NCBI GenBank assembly: GCA_951406725.2
Contig: OX597837.1
Coordinates: 8,308,001-8,372,000 of the forward strand
Length of the DNA: 64,000 bases
Direction of reading: 5' to 3'
Source of the DNA: Octopus vulgaris
Lineage: Eukaryota
Shown: one piece after another, positions 30,099 through 44,980 of the stretch
How positions within the stretch are numbered: the first letter of the stretch is position 1
How the letters are laid out: each line of letters opens with the position of its first letter
Notes under the pieces: model-generated
What the model was told of the DNA's origin: nothing
Database searches by the model: none
The model's input: only the letters and a program-made list of their open reading frames with translations
Position numbers and translations under genes: made by a program

Positions 30099-30454
30099 TG
30101 TACTAGAATCCAAGTCGTTGCTAAGTAAGCCTACTTCCTAAACTCAATAAACCATGCGAATATGCCAAGAATCCGATTTCCTGTATGAGAATTTGTTTTG
30201 AGGGGATAAAATATCTCGCCAAACTGAACTTACTTCCCAGTGGAATCAGCTCTAAATCCAGCGGCACAACCAATGTTGAGACAGTCAGAAACCAAACTGC
30301 ATATCAGGTTATTTATTTTTTTTGTACGAGTTTACTCTCTCCTAGAAGGAATTTTTAACGAGAAGTAGGTGTCCTTCACACCCAGTGGCTCACATGCGAG
30401 TTAAACATAGCTGGCAGCCTGATAAATGTTATCACTTTAGGTCAGAGTATACCT

Positions 30455-31149
30455 GGTGACAAAATTGGTTAAACAACGGCTTCTAGACGACTTCGGAATC
30501 TCCTGCAACTCTTCTGGACGGTCACCTTGTTTAAGTTGGTGAATGCTGTCATAATCCTTGCCTTGAGTTACAAGGAATTTTTTTTGGTCTGTCGCTCAAC
30601 TACTCCCACACAAGGGCGTTGCAGTCTGGGGAGTTACGTGGCTAGATGTTAAGGGTGATGTAGTCACAGAAATTTTCTGACAACCATGACTGCGTTTTCC
30701 TGCTTGTGTGACATGGGGAAGAGTCCTGTTGCCAGGGTCTTCTAGCAGGGACTTCTAGCAGCCATCCTCTTTACCCGGGGCAGCATTACCTCCTCGTTGA
30801 ACTTGATGTAGGCCTTCATCTTGAGTCTGAGACCAGGTGATTACGCCAAACACCATGATGTTGATTTAATGTTTGATTTTTATCACTCTTGGTACATATC
30901 CTGAGATTGCATTGTCCTCAGATTGACACCCAAACACTCTGAAATGTTCGTAGTGGAGATTTCGGGCGAATGCCAAGCAGTACAGCATGTCATTTCCAAA
31001 TTTCAATGAACTGCGTCAGGGCGTTATTTTTCTCACAGACGGTGCCCGACTGGCCCTAAAATAGCGTGTAATCCACAAAATCAAAAACAAGCAATGCGCA
31101 TGCATGAAATAAAAAAAATATAAAATGACAATTTACCCATCGCACTCTG
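30455..31149 (-). mobile_element. DD37D (maT-like) Tc1/mariner transposon, internally deleted
   Basis: WQQDSSPCHTSRKTQSWLSENFCDYITLNI*PRNSPDCN..VW..; C-terminal SCRRFRSRLEAVV; N-terminal ISECLGVNLRT; 5' end TA-CAGAGTG. Confidence 0.8.
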
Positions 31150-31189
31150 TATATGTGCTCATATATACATACATAAAACTTTGTGTGTA

Positions 31190-31233
<44 letters not shown>

Positions 31234-31259
31234 CATACATATGTGTCTGTATGTATGTG

Positions 31260-31290
<31 letters not shown>

Positions 31291-31587
31291 AATATATGTA
31301 TAGTAAATATATGTTATTTCCTTATTATCTATCAACCTATATGCGCGTATATATAAGCGAGTACGCATATGGTTTGATAGATAATAATATAATATCAATA
31401 TTTATAATGTAATTACATTAATAACCTATAATGACTCTATATCCCTTGCAGCTATTCACTCTAAATTATAATTCTTGAATCTAAATGATTTTATTTCGAA
31501 AATCTTTAATTGTTGCCCGCACTTTCAGGCAGATAGATTGGTAGGATTAAAATATCGGACAAAATATACTTACAGTTTTCTTTCAGG

Positions 31588-31882
31588 CGCAGTAATCTGG
31601 CGGGAACGTTTGCACGCCGGGCGAAATGCTTAGCGCTATTTCGTCTGCCGTTACGTTCTGAGTTCAAATACCAACGAGGTGGACTTTGCCTTTCATTCTT
31701 TCAGGGTCGATTAAATAAGTACCAGTTACGCACTGGGGTCGATATAATCGACTTAGACCGTTTGTCTGTCTTTGTTTGTCCTCTCTGTGTTTAGCCCCTT
31801 GTGGGTAATAAAGAAATAGGTATTTCGTATTTGGTTACGTTGTGAATTCAAATTCCGCCGAGGTCGACTTTGTTTTTCACCC
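31588..31882 (+). mobile_element. SINE family B (head, one unit, start of a second)
   Basis: gccgggcgaaatgcttagcg..gttctgagttcaaat..aagaaataggtatttcg; abuts a family A head (31884-31962, minus). Confidence 0.8.
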
Positions 31883-31960
31883 TAAGGTGCCACACAGTGG
31901 GACTGAACACAGAAGCATGTGGTTGGTAAGCAAGCTTCTTACCTCACAGCCACTCCTGCG

Positions 31961-32010
<50 letters not shown>

Positions 32011-32607
32011 GTCCTCGTATAGAGATATTTATTCAAGATACACTGGTTTAATATATTAAGTCTTGAAGAGATGATTCTTCGATGAATATATTATATACAA
32101 TATCATACGATATCAAACATTTTTTATCGAGTTAGAAAGCAGAGAGATCAAATGGATACAAATTATTTGTTTTAATTAATCAACATATTAACCAACAATT
32201 GTTTCATCTCACAAATAAGATTAAAATTACAAATCATATATAAATATATAATTTTGCATTTTAAATACCCTATAAGGAAAACCATCAGGGTATTCCAAGG
32301 ACGATAATGTTTACTTTAGGATGCTTTCAGAATATACAGAATGTATAAACTGGAGCCGATGTAATCGGCCACATTACACAACTGGTACTTAATTTATCGA
32401 CTCCGAAAGATGAACGGTAAAGTCGACCTCAACGGAAATATGCACATGTTGATAAACAGAAAGATGCATGTATGTAAATATGTTTTTGCTTTAATGTATG
32501 TTTATAAATGTATATTTATGAGAATATATATGCATATCTATACATCTATAAATGTTAGTTTTATATCTGTGTCTAACTCCTTGTTTCTCTGTCTGTTTGT
32601 CTGTTTA

Positions 32608-32638
<31 letters not shown>

Positions 32639-32808
32639 TTCTATAGATGCTTGTATGTATGTATGTATGTATGTATGTATGTATGTATGTATGTATGTAT
32701 GTTTGTATGTATGTATGTATCTATCTACCTATCTATCCGTCCATCATTCCATCTATCTATCTCTTTCTTTCTTACTTTCTTTATCTTTTTCTCTCCACGT
32801 ATGTGTGC

Positions 32809-32844
<36 letters not shown>

Positions 32845-33490
32845 GTACATACATAGACACACAGAGAGACAGATGCATACAATTCTAAACATACACATGC
32901 ATACACACTTTAATTTATTCGTCTATGGCAAGTCGCATTCGTGTACAACTTGCCAACCCATATTTTCACATGGTAGAAAAAGTCGGTACAAAATTTTATA
33001 ATCGAAATATTACATGGAAGATCAAACGACGTTGGTGAAGAATCTTTTGAAATTACGTTACATGTCTACCATTATCAATGAAGCTTCACAATTAAACGAG
33101 TCGCCATTTTGAACACATTTATTAACAAAATAAATTACAAACATAATTAGTGAATATCCTAGCTGCCACATACATAATACATGACTGCAAAGTATATTAA
33201 AATATCAAAGAAATCATTAGAGTAAATTTAATATAAAAAATGTCATCAAAGCAGATTTAAGGTTAAGCGCAATTTTGCTGTCTGCATCTCTCACTGTTAT
33301 ATCTGTCAATATTCTTTGTTTAACTCATTACCTGGTATACCCCTCCCAGTATACCTCTCTGTATCAATTTATCTTTTAGTCTAAAATGTGTACAGACAGT
33401 TAGCGATTTTAAAAGAACTAGACTTAGAATTACGTTTCCAGGCTCCGTTTTCATACATTCAGAAGGAAGATATCTCTGTCGGTGGATAGG

Positions 33491-33529
<39 letters not shown>

Positions 33530-33558
33530 ATGTATGTATGTATGTATGTATGTATGTT

Positions 33559-33640
33559 TGTCATTATTCAGTTTTATTTCAAGGTTTCTTGCCAATAGAG
33601 AAAGTGCCAGTTTCTAACCTAGATCTTTCATTGGAATTTC
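33559..33640 (-). mobile_element. (CATA)n-embedded retroelement 3' end
   Basis: Minus strand ..ctattggcaagaaaccttgaaataaaactgaataatgac followed by (cata)n. Confidence 0.5.
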
Positions 33641-33649
33641 ACGTACGTA

Positions 33650-33930
33650 TGTATGTAGGTAGGTATATATGTAGCTAGGTAAGTATGTTTGTAGTAGGTA
33701 TATATGTAGATTGGTAGGTAGGTAGGTAGGTATGTAGGTAGGTAGTTAGGTAGGTAGGTAGGTAGGTAGTTAGGTAGGTAGGAAGATAGGTAGGTAGGTA
33801 GGTAGGTAGGTAGGTAGGTAGGTAGGTAGGTAGGTAGGTAGGTAGGTAGGTAGGTAGGTAGGTAGGTAGGAAGATAGGTAGGTAGGTAGGTAGGTAGGTA
33901 GGTAGGTAGGTAGGCAGGCACGTACGTAGG
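33650..33930 (+). repeat. (TAGG)n tetranucleotide array
   Basis: Direct inspection; source of the YLPT ORF. Confidence 0.95.
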
Positions 33931-34934
33931 TAAATTTTTCTTGTTTCAGGTATAAGACTACAGCCCTGCTGGGACCTCGTCTCGAAATGTTTTAGTCGAA
34001 TAAATCGATCCCCTTATTGAGAGAAAAGGGGTACCAAGAGATAAAGAGGCAGGAATGGGAGAGAAATAGAATGAGAGAGAGAGAGGCAAAGAAAGAACCA
34101 AACTAAGAGAGAGAACATAGAACAATGCCTGCGCGGATATTAATAGAGATCAAAATGTAAGAAGTGTGTCTGTGTACGTGTGCATGTGTGTATATGTGTG
34201 CATACTTCTGTGTTTGTGTGGGCGTGGATGGTACTTTTGCGTCTCACGACTGCCTCTGTTGAGGGTGTAACTCAATAGATATACACTCTGACACAGAAAG
34301 TTACGATTTAAATTTATCCTCTGGGAAGAAGTTGGGAGCTATTCGTGTGTGAGGTGTAATATTGTTTTCCATACATCTCTGGGAATGTTAAGCAAAGTGT
34401 CTTTTCGTGGAGTCAGAAGAGGTGTGATGTAATGTACCCTGGTATTTATTATTATATGACAATTATCGTCAGTGCATAGTTTGTATTGGCGTGTACCATT
34501 TGTGTAAACTCTTAGCTCTTAGATCCTCGAGAGCTGTGATCAAAACGTGCAACGACCCTTCTCTAGACGTCTCGATTGCTCGCCTCATTCATGGTTCCAC
34601 TGGAACCAACATCCATTGGTATCATGGCATCCTTTAACGTACTGCGTCACGTCTAACTTCTTCTCCACGTCGATCTATGTCCTCTTCTCGGTGACAACAT
34701 GTCAGTCCTGCAGTGATCGGAGCACATGACCTGTGAACCGTATCCGACATTCAGTCGCCATATCCAGTAAACTTCCTATGCAAGTGTTTCTCTTCACCTC
34801 GTCGTTTCTCACTATCTCTCAGTAAGAGACACTCAACATTGAACTCATGAACACAAATGATGACATGTCACGGAATCGAGAAATTTTCACTATTCTTTCA
34901 AGCTTCGCATGCGTAGATGGCTTTTAGTGTAATA

Positions 34935-35656
34935 AGGTAAAAAGAGTAAAGACCCCCTTTGGTCATGAATGACCATGGGATTGCATCTAGAATGTTACCC
35001 TTCGAGTCACAAGTTCGGCCAACGTTGTCTGTCGAAGACCACCTGTCATTCATGCATTGGTCTCTCCTCTCAACACCACAGATGTTATCCAAGGGGAAGG
35101 CAAAGCTTGTCACCATTGATATCGGCGAGAAGCTTGAGAGGCGGTTGGATGGGACCTACACTCGCCTCCTTATGAGAGCTCAAAATCTCTCGTGGAGGCG
35201 CCACCCAACCAAAATGCAAATATATGGGAAACTACCACCTGTGTCATCTCTTGTGAAAGGTAGGAGAGTCCAGTTTGCTGGACATTGTTGTAGAGCTGAA
35301 AAAGAAGTAATTTCTACTCTTCTCCTCTGGAAGCCATCTACTCGCAATACCAGAGGGCGCACACTCTCCTACCCTGATGTAATCTCCAGGGATACAGGCA
35401 TCCAGCAACAGGACCTCCGTAATGCCATGATGGACCGTGAAGTCTGGCGTAGCATGGTAAATTCCATTGTCTCGACCACGGTCGAACAATGATGATGATG
35501 ATTGATATCGGAACTAATTTCTACAGCTGAGTGAACTGGAACAACGTGAATTAAAGTGTCTTGCTCAAGAACACCACACAGCCCGGTCCGGAAATCGAAC
35601 TCACTGCTTCATGATTGTGAGCGCGACGCTCTAACCACTGAGCCATGCGCCTTCAC
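34935..35656 (-). mobile_element. SINE family D, interrupted by a younger RTE fragment
   Basis: Head gtgaaggcgcatggctcagtggttagagcg..gagttcgatttcc; halves rejoin to match 19105-19436. Confidence 0.8.
35126..35500 (+). mobile_element. Young 5'-truncated RTE LINE insertion with 11-bp TSD
   Basis: Uninterrupted frame LERRLDGTYTRLLMRAQNLSW..RRVQFAGHCCR..LLWKP..MMDREVWR; (tga)n tail; TSD attgatatcgg at 35115-35125 and 35501-35511. Confidence 0.92.
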
Positions 35657-36475
35657 ATGACAAGTATATCTGCAGCTTCGTATTCCTCCTGGTGGTCTTC
35701 GATCTCCATACTGGATGAAATCTTTGGAATATCGACATTGCCTCATCTATCTTGGTTTGGCCTTCAAATTCTGCATCCTCGTCCTTGGAAGTGCAGCTTC
35801 TAAGACATGTAAACTTATCGACATCGTCAATGTCGTATTGTCCGAGATTGACAAATTATGTTCGGGCTCCAGGTTTTTACATGGCATTGTTTTCTTTTTC
35901 CTTTCTGTTTTGCCTTCAGCGCTAATCCCGCAGAAATGCTTTCGCCACAAAACTATTTAAGCTATCTGTCATGGCCTGAAGATTCTGTCTTTCAGATCTT
36001 ACTAACGCCAATTCGTATGCAAAGATCTAAATTTGTCAGTTTGGCCGGTCCCAAGTTATTCCAAAATTGTTGCTATTCAATGCTTTCCGCATAATAAGAT
36101 CAATCACTATCAAGAACAGAAACGGCAACAAGAGGCAACCCTGTCTCAGCCCGGATACAATTTCTAACGTATTTGCGATTCAGCTGCTCGTCTTCATGTA
36201 ATGCTGCGAGTTCTTATAAAGAAACTTAATGATGTTCATACATCGTCAGGGTATTGGTATTTTTTTTTTAATAATGATTCATGATAGACTGTTGGTGAGT
36301 GATGAATTGGTTTTAAAGCAGCTATAGGCAGCTTTTAATGGAACCCAGCATTAAATGTGTTAACATGTTAACACTAAGTACCCAACATATATTCTATTAT
36401 ATATTTATGCATGTGCGTCAAAAATATGTACGCATATAAATATATATAAATGTATATCATAAAAACACGCCTGAG

Positions 36476-36511
<36 letters not shown>

Positions 36512-36575
36512 TGTATGTGTATGTTTATGTCTGTGTATATATACATATGTATATATATATATATATTTGTGTGAG

Positions 36576-36645
<70 letters not shown>

Positions 36646-36791
36646 GTAGATATACATTCGTATATACATTAGTGAATGAACCAACATATTTGTTTACATA
36701 TTATTGCCAGTGAATAATTTCAGATCAATAACTTGGTTGGATTTATCACCAGATGAAAAAAAAAAAAAAAACAAGTCGTCGTCGTCGTCGC

Positions 36792-36826
<35 letters not shown>

Positions 36827-36907
36827 CCACTATATTTATTATAAGCGCCAATGTAAAGACACAAGAGCAAGCAAAAATATAGTAGCTTATCAATATGTGT
36901 TTGAGTA

Positions 36908-36945
<38 letters not shown>

Positions 36946-36962
36946 AATACATACATATATAT

Positions 36963-37015
<53 letters not shown>

Positions 37016-37095
37016 GATTTATATATATATATATACATATATATATATTATAAGTATATGCATATTTATATACATCTATATATATATATATACAT

Positions 37096-37127
<32 letters not shown>

Positions 37128-37255
37128 GTATATATATATACACACACAGATGGAGAGAGAGAGAGATGTGTTTTTCTATACATGCATACGGACATATATG
37201 TCTCTCTTTCTCCCTCTCTATATATACATATTTACATATACATATTTACATATAC

Positions 37256-37304
<49 letters not shown>

Positions 37305-37986
37305 TATTTATATCAATACACACACACACACACATACAAGTATATACTCTCCAGACATTTTGTATCATTCCTTATCATAGTCATTTGATATATTTTTTCT
37401 TCTCTATTCCTTGTATCTCTCCAACATTTCCCTCTTCATTTATTTTATTTAATTTTTTTTCAAAAAATACAATTTACAGACTTTTACTTGAAGTCTTTTT
37501 CTGTTTGTTCTTCAATTTTCTTTATGTTGTTCTTTCATTTTTCTTCAACTCTTTCCGTCTTCTTTCTCCACCCTCTCTCATCCTGGTACGTCTTTTTTGA
37601 AAGTCTTTTTTTTCTTAATTTATTATTTTTTTGATTTTTTGATTTTATATTTCTTTGATAATTTCTTTTGTAATTTTAAATATCTTTCATTGTATTTATT
37701 CTTTCGTGTCATAGTTTTGTTTCTCTTATCGTTCTTTTCGTTTATACTGAAGTTATCTACAACTTGAAACGTCAGACAAATGATAGCGTTCGTGTGAAAG
37801 GACTTGAATGTTTACACGGTCGCCAGATAAGCTAGATATGATAGCCAAATATACCTCAAATCAAGCGTATCGAATAAAACAAAGACAAATATCATTGATT
37901 CAGCTAGCACGACAGTATTTATATAATCAATTGTCCTGCACGAAATAGTAGCTAATTCGTCTTGAAGTTCTACTTAGCTTTATTCG

Positions 37987-38548
37987 TTTCGACTCTAGGC
38001 ACAAGGTCTGAAATTTTGAGGGAAGGGGCCAGTCCATTAGCTCGATACCAGTACGTAACTGGTACTTAATTTATCGACCCCGAAACGATGAAAGGCAAAG
38101 TGGACCTCGGTGGAATTTGAACTCAGACGAAATACCTAATTCTTTACTGCCCACAAAGGGCTAAACACAGAGGGAACAAACAAGGACAGACAAATGGATT
38201 AAGTCAATTTTATCGACCCCAGTGCGTAACTGGTACTTAATTTATCGACCCCCCCTAAAGGATGAAAGGCAAAGTCGACCTCGGCGGAATTTGAACTCAG
38301 AACGTAGCGACATGCGAAATACCTATTTCTTTACTGCTCACAATGGGCTAAACACAGAGAGGACAAACAAGGACAGGCAAACCGATTATATCAACCTCAG
38401 TGCGTAACTGGTACTTAATTTATCGACCCCCTAAAGGATGAAAGGCAAAGTCGACCTCAGCGGAATTTGAACTCAGAACGTAGCGGCAGACGAAATAACG
38501 CTAAGCATTTCGCCCAGCGTGCTAATGTTTCTGCCAGCTCGCCGCCTT
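37987..38548 (-). mobile_element. SINE family B trimer, full length
   Basis: Tail, three internal units, head ctgccagctcgccgcctt. Confidence 0.88.
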
Positions 38549-38689
38549 CCTACGTAACTGTAATAAGTAAGGAATAATTCACTGAACAAAGGTGTGAGCT
38601 TCAGCATCGCGTGTTCTCTTTCTAGAAATAGTAGCTACATATACCACTTAGTGGTATATGGGCCTCAGCAATATTGATGGGAGTCTCTC

Positions 38690-38970
38690 GTAGTGCGCGA
38701 AAGACGGTCCTGCAATCGTTTCCTGATCAGCCATCACAAATGGCCAAATGTTTGTACAGTACATAATAAGCTCACTTTTTCCTTATAATCGACGTTGCCT
38801 AAACGGGGGCACAATGTGCCACGCGTCAGGTGTTAAATGGATCGCTGAGTAACGAGAAGAGGAAGTGTTTTGCTGAAGAGTACAACGCATCACCCAGACC
38901 AGAAACTGAAACCACGATATCGCCATCCTCATTGCAACACCGTAACTATTAAGCCATGCGCTCTCACAAT
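38690..38970 (-). mobile_element. Old degenerate tRNA-derived SINE
   Basis: gaagtgttttgctgaagagtacaacgca..aagccatgcgctctcac resembles family C/D heads. Confidence 0.45.
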
Positions 38971-39412
38971 GGACTTCAATACTTAACTGGTAGTCCTCAT
39001 CCGGTTTAACATAACCAACTGGCATTTTGGATACATTTAGCGGATACCTTAAAGCATAAATTTGCTAGCTAAGAGCGGACCTAAGGAAACATATCCATTT
39101 CAGTTTTTCTCACAAGTCCATCAATTTTCGGGGTTGGGAGCTACTCGATTTCATCGACCCCGGTACTTAACGGTTATTCTATCGACCCTTTCAGGATCGA
39201 CCTTAGCGGAATTTGAACTCAAAGTCAGAGCGAAATTTGAATTCGGAACGTAAAGACGGACGAAATGCAGTAAGCCATTTTGTCCGGTGTGCTAAAGAGT
39301 ACTAGGCTTACGAAGAATAAGTCTAGGGGTCGATTTTCTCGACTAAAAGCGGTGCTGCAACATGGCCGCACTCAAATGACTGAAACAAATAAAAGAATAA
39401 AAGAATGCATTT

Positions 39413-39541
<129 letters not shown>

Positions 39542-40217
39542 TACATGTGTGTGTCTGTGGGTATGTATTGTCCGTGCATGTGTATGTGTGTGGTGTGTGT
39601 GCGTGTTACTGTATCTGTGTTTGTTACCCACCACTGCTTTAGAACTTGCAATGGAGTGCTCTATATGTCCGCAACTTAGTGGCTCGGCCAAAGGGTTCGA
39701 TGAAAGAAGAACCCGGCTAAAATCTTGGGTCATTTCAATCAATTAAAAATTCTTGAAACCGGTGCCCCAGCTTGGCCGCAGAACGAAACGATAGAAAAGA
39801 CGAAAAGTCAACATAGACGGCTATATATATGCCTCTGCCATGTCGACTGTATGTGCCTCACCGCGCATGTCTCCCTCACAGCAACTATGCTCCGTTTATC
39901 ACTGTATCGCTTTCTCAGCCACGGCTTTTCTAACGCCGCCTTTCAACCACTGTTTGTTTCTTTTTGTCGCTCACTCATACTCTTTCTCCTTCTCTCTCTC
40001 TCTCTTGCTGTTTCCCTCACTCTTTCGCGCTTTCTTTATCACTCACACTAACACGCTACCCTCTCACTTTCCACACCTCTCACGCTTTTACACAACATTA
40101 TACCGCGGTGTCGCTGCTTGATCCTAAATCAATGATACCACGATATGGACACTGATTTCTCATGTAGTATTATATTATACGTATGTGTATGTGTATACAT
40201 GTACATGTATATATATA

Positions 40218-40283
<66 letters not shown>

Positions 40284-40284
40284 T

Positions 40285-40328
<44 letters not shown>

Positions 40329-40628
40329 GTATGTATGTATGTGTGTGTGTGTGTTTGGTAGTTGTGAAAGGGTTCTTCGATTGGCTATAAATATCAGATC
40401 AATAAAACAGTGCTCTTGCTAACTTTTTTTTGTTTTGTTTTATTACTTTCTTTTGTTTATCGATTTACCTGATCACGACGAAACCTATAGCCGTTCCATA
40501 TAGCGTTGACTTTCTCTTTCTCTCCCTCTCCTCCTCACACTCTCTATATACATATACACATATATACATATACACATATCTATATCTATATATATATATA
40601 TATGTATATATACACACAAACATGCAAA

Positions 40629-40789
<161 letters not shown>

Positions 40790-41525
40790 TATATAAATAT
40801 ATATATATTTATATATATATATAAATATATATAAATATATATATAAACACACACACACGCACATACGTGCATTGTGCGTATATGTATCGGTGTGTGCGTA
40901 TAAGTGGGCGTGCCTGTATATGTATATATATATATATATGTATATATATATGTGTGTATGTGTCTTTATGTTCGTACTAAGGGATGTTGGACGTGTGTGT
41001 AGTTGTATAAATACAGCTTCACGCATGATTACGTTTCCAAATAAATACACTGAAACAGACACCGATACTTACACGCAGACACACAGACAGACAGACAGGC
41101 AGGCTCACATACGTGTGTGCATATATACATACATACATAGACACACACACACATATATATAAGCATATATATATATGTATATATATATATATGTATGCAT
41201 GTAGATATCAATAAATATATATATATGTATATCTATAGACATATAGGTATGTGAGCTTGTGTATGTATAGGTGTCTGTGCGTGTGTGTGTGTGTGTGTAT
41301 GTATTGCTACTATAAAATTTGCCCGTGTATCTTTATGAAATCACGAAGGATACATATACACATCATATACAAACACAATAAAACACAGGCACACACACAC
41401 ACACACAAGCATGCTTCTATACACATACATTGATTCCTATAAACTTATTCGTGTATTGTGTGTGTGCATATCTCTATCAATACCTATATCTATATGTATG
41501 TATATATATATATATATATATATAC

Positions 41526-41556
<31 letters not shown>

Positions 41557-41613
41557 CAAAAATGACACTAGTATACATCACACACATTCCTTGAATTTAT
41601 ATACATACATTCT

Positions 41614-41736
<123 letters not shown>

Positions 41737-42235
41737 TGTCCCGATATTTTTTATATATGTGTACAGATGTACACTCGCAAAAATGTTTGACCGTTAAAAT
41801 ATATCTACACACACGCTGATAAGCACACAAACGCATACACATACATACAAATACAACACAGTAATAACCACGCACACTATATACTCACAATCTTACACGC
41901 ATATATCTATAATATAAGCGAAGAAAAAAAATTACGAACAACATACATAAGAAGAAGAAAAGTAAAACATATATATATATATAAAAGAAATATATATATA
42001 ACAATAAATTATAGAACAACCTACACTTGAAAGAAACGATGGCGGAAAGCGAAACAAAAGACTCAATAATTATTCAAACAATATGTTTAGGAAATATTGA
42101 TTCTGTTTTTCCACATAAAAACAATGTAAGGGGATAAAATAGACCTTACGCAGAGTTATTGCTTTGTTATTAAATACGTAGTTTACTGGCGTTTAAAGAT
42201 GTAACTACCGAAATGGTTCACTACAAAATACTTAC

Positions 42236-42247
42236 CGCGGCAGCCAT
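42236..42247 (-). CDS. Candidate first coding micro-segment (MAAA) of an unidentified host gene; exon 42236-42453
   Basis: caaaATGGCTGCCGCG|GTAAGT donor; upstream acceptor ttctgtcatttcag at 42454; non-repetitive A-rich leader. No downstream exon identified. Confidence 0.3.
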
Positions 42248-42525
42248 TTTGTTTTGTTATTGTTTGGGTAGTTTGTGTGCTTCGGATTTTATTTTGTATT
42301 TGTGTTATGTTTTTTTTGTATGTATTTTTCTGTTTGTTATATTTTCTGGGTTTTTTTCTTCTGGTTTTATTTTTTTTATTTTGTTTTTATTTTTTATTTG
42401 TATCGTTTTTGTATTTGTCGCTTATTATTATCATTATTATCATTCTTTTCTTCCTGAAATGACAGAAGCCAGTTTTAAACCTGATCCTTTGAAGAAGGCT
42501 TATGTATATGTTTGCGTATGGAAAC

Positions 42526-42569
<44 letters not shown>

Positions 42570-42580
42570 GTATATATATG

Positions 42581-42660
<80 letters not shown>

Positions 42661-42681
42661 CATATATATATATATATATAT

Positions 42682-42742
<61 letters not shown>

Positions 42743-42823
42743 TCTTCATAGATACATGTATATATAAAACGAGAGAAGGAGAGGTGAGACATGCCTAAGC
42801 AGATATGTATATTCAAAAATGAC

Positions 42824-42863
<40 letters not shown>

Positions 42864-43987
42864 ATATTATATTATATTATATTATATTATATTACATTAT
42901 ATTATATATATTATAAATATATGTACCTATTTTTATTACCTTTCTCGGGTTTCACGCATTAGACTACAGCCATGCGGCCACTCAGCCTTCAAGAGTTTTA
43001 GCCGAATGAATCCGTGACTGAAATGTGTAAAAGAATAAAAGAATAAAAGAATAAATGAATATAATTAAAATTTTAGTGAGGTAGAATATGATTATAAATG
43101 CTGACATTGTGTTAAATATATAAGCTATATAATTCAGTGTAGAGCTATCAACTCAATACAAGGACACATCTTTGCTGTTGTATCCTGTGTTGCCTGGCAT
43201 TTCCCGTCTTACAACATAGTCCTTCATCTAAAAAATCTCGACGGAGGAAAGCCAAAGGTACCTCAATACCTACAGACACCACAGATTACCTCTTTTGAAG
43301 CCTGAGCAATCTAACCATTTTTACTGCGGCCTCTATGCTATTCTCGATGATTCAGTAACGTACCTAGGGCAGGAGGGGCGACGAGAAGGACCCTCTGTCC
43401 CCCGCGATGATTTTACGGCGAGGATTACTGTGACTTTTAGGAATAGGATGCCCGGAAAGGTACATTTTAACTACACATTCTCACTGTAGTAGAAGACACC
43501 TGCCCAAGGTGCAATGCAGTGAAACTGAATCCGAACCGTGTGGTTGGGAAGCAATCATCTTACCACACAGCTACCTCTTCGCTTTATACAAACACATATT
43601 TTATAACACGTCTTATGAGACTTAATGAGGAAGTGGCTTATACAAGTAGTGAGCGGTAATATGGTATGCTATATTAAGCGTAGGAGTTACAAGTATAGTA
43701 CGGCATAAATTGCAGTTGTGGGTGGCACGCAGTTTAGCTACAATACTGCGATGACTCTTATTGCCATTCTTATCGTTATTTTTCTTGTCCAGGGAGGCAA
43801 AGATTTTAACCTGAGGGAGACTTGCGAAACTTTGACAAACTCCACTTGAAAGACGATATGCAGACATATGTACATACATACATACTCTTTTACTCTATTA
43901 TTTGTTTCAGTCATTTGACTGCGGCCATGATGGAATCCTCGTCGTTGTAACCGACGGAATGTCACGATGTGTATGTATATATATATT

Positions 43988-44184
43988 ACGCTATGATAGA
44001 TCGTTAGCTCCTACACGCATTTTTTTCTCTCCTTGTTTCTTTTCTGTGTATCTTTCTGTCGAAGAGCGTAGGCTCGAAACGTAAAAGACTTTTTCTATTT
44101 CTATTCCTGAGCGCCATACTAATACATTTGTTTGTTTGTACTCCACCTGTCTTCGTCTTTTGTTTATTTTCGTAAACTTTCCCG

Positions 44185-44187
<3 letters not shown>
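43988..44187 (+). mobile_element. Family H1 element, full length, hammerhead at 44051-44088
   Basis: TCTTT-CTGTCGA-A-GAGC-GTAG-GCTC-GAAAC-GTA-AAAGA; TA tracts on both sides. Confidence 0.78.
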
Positions 44188-44234
<47 letters not shown>

Positions 44235-44471
44235 ATAGAATGAGAAATGTCGATACGATACGGCACCCACATCGGTAAAAGGGAGAGTAAGTCGCCCCTT
44301 CCGTTCATAGACTGGGTGCGGAACCTATGACAAATGCTTTAGTCTCCCGTGCTAGGAATGTGGTAAAGACGTCAGCAGCAGAACGTCGGAAAACCGAGAA
44401 TGCGGAGGATCAACGAATTAAAAGGTTGTTGTGGCCAAGTGGATGATCTGTACCACCAGACAATTAGCAAG

Positions 44472-44980
44472 CGAAAGGATGAAAGGCATAGTCGACGTCG
44501 GCGGAATTGCCCAGCATGCTAACGTTTCTTATTTCTTTATTGCCGACAAGGCGCTAAACATAGAGGGGACAAACAAGGACAAAGGGATTAAGTCGATTAG
44601 ATCGACCCCAGTGCGTAACTGGTACCTAATTTATCGACCCCGAAAGGATGAAAGGTAAAGTCAACCTCGGCGGAATTTGAACTCAAAACGTAGTGGGTTT
44701 CTTTACAACCCACAAGGGGCTAAACACAGAGAGGACAAAGAAGGGCAGACAAACGGATTAAGTCGATTATATCGACCCCAGTGCGAAACTGGGGGACAAA
44801 CATAGAGGTGACAAACAATTACAGCGACCTCAGTGCGCGACTGGTACTTATTTAATCGACCCCAAAATGATGAAAGGCAAGGTCGACCTCGGCTGAATTT
44901 GAACTCAGAACGTGGCGGCAGACGAAATACTGCTAAGAATTTCGCCCGGCGTGCTAACGTTTCTGCCAGCTCGCCACCTT
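44472..44980 (-). mobile_element. SINE family B multimer
   Basis: Three aggatgaaagg-type units; head ctgccagctcgccacctt. Confidence 0.85.

Larger units (their letters stand above)
34510..36260 (-). pseudogene. Old RTE-clade LINE (RT domain to C-terminus), split by a SINE insertion
   Basis: LRQGCLLLPFLFLIVIDLIMRK (RT motif B), ..NTKLQIY | ..AIYACEA*, IRFTGHVLR, ASNRDV*RRVV; many stops and frameshifts. Confidence 0.8.

Noticed and set aside
32190-32293. Minus-strand ctgatgg...gaaacaattgtt with palindromic helix III
   Set aside because: A9 mutated and ~85-nt insert has no closing helix II
34959-35492. 177-aa ORF as a host gene
   Set aside because: Chance fusion of antisense SINE sequence with an RTE C-terminus
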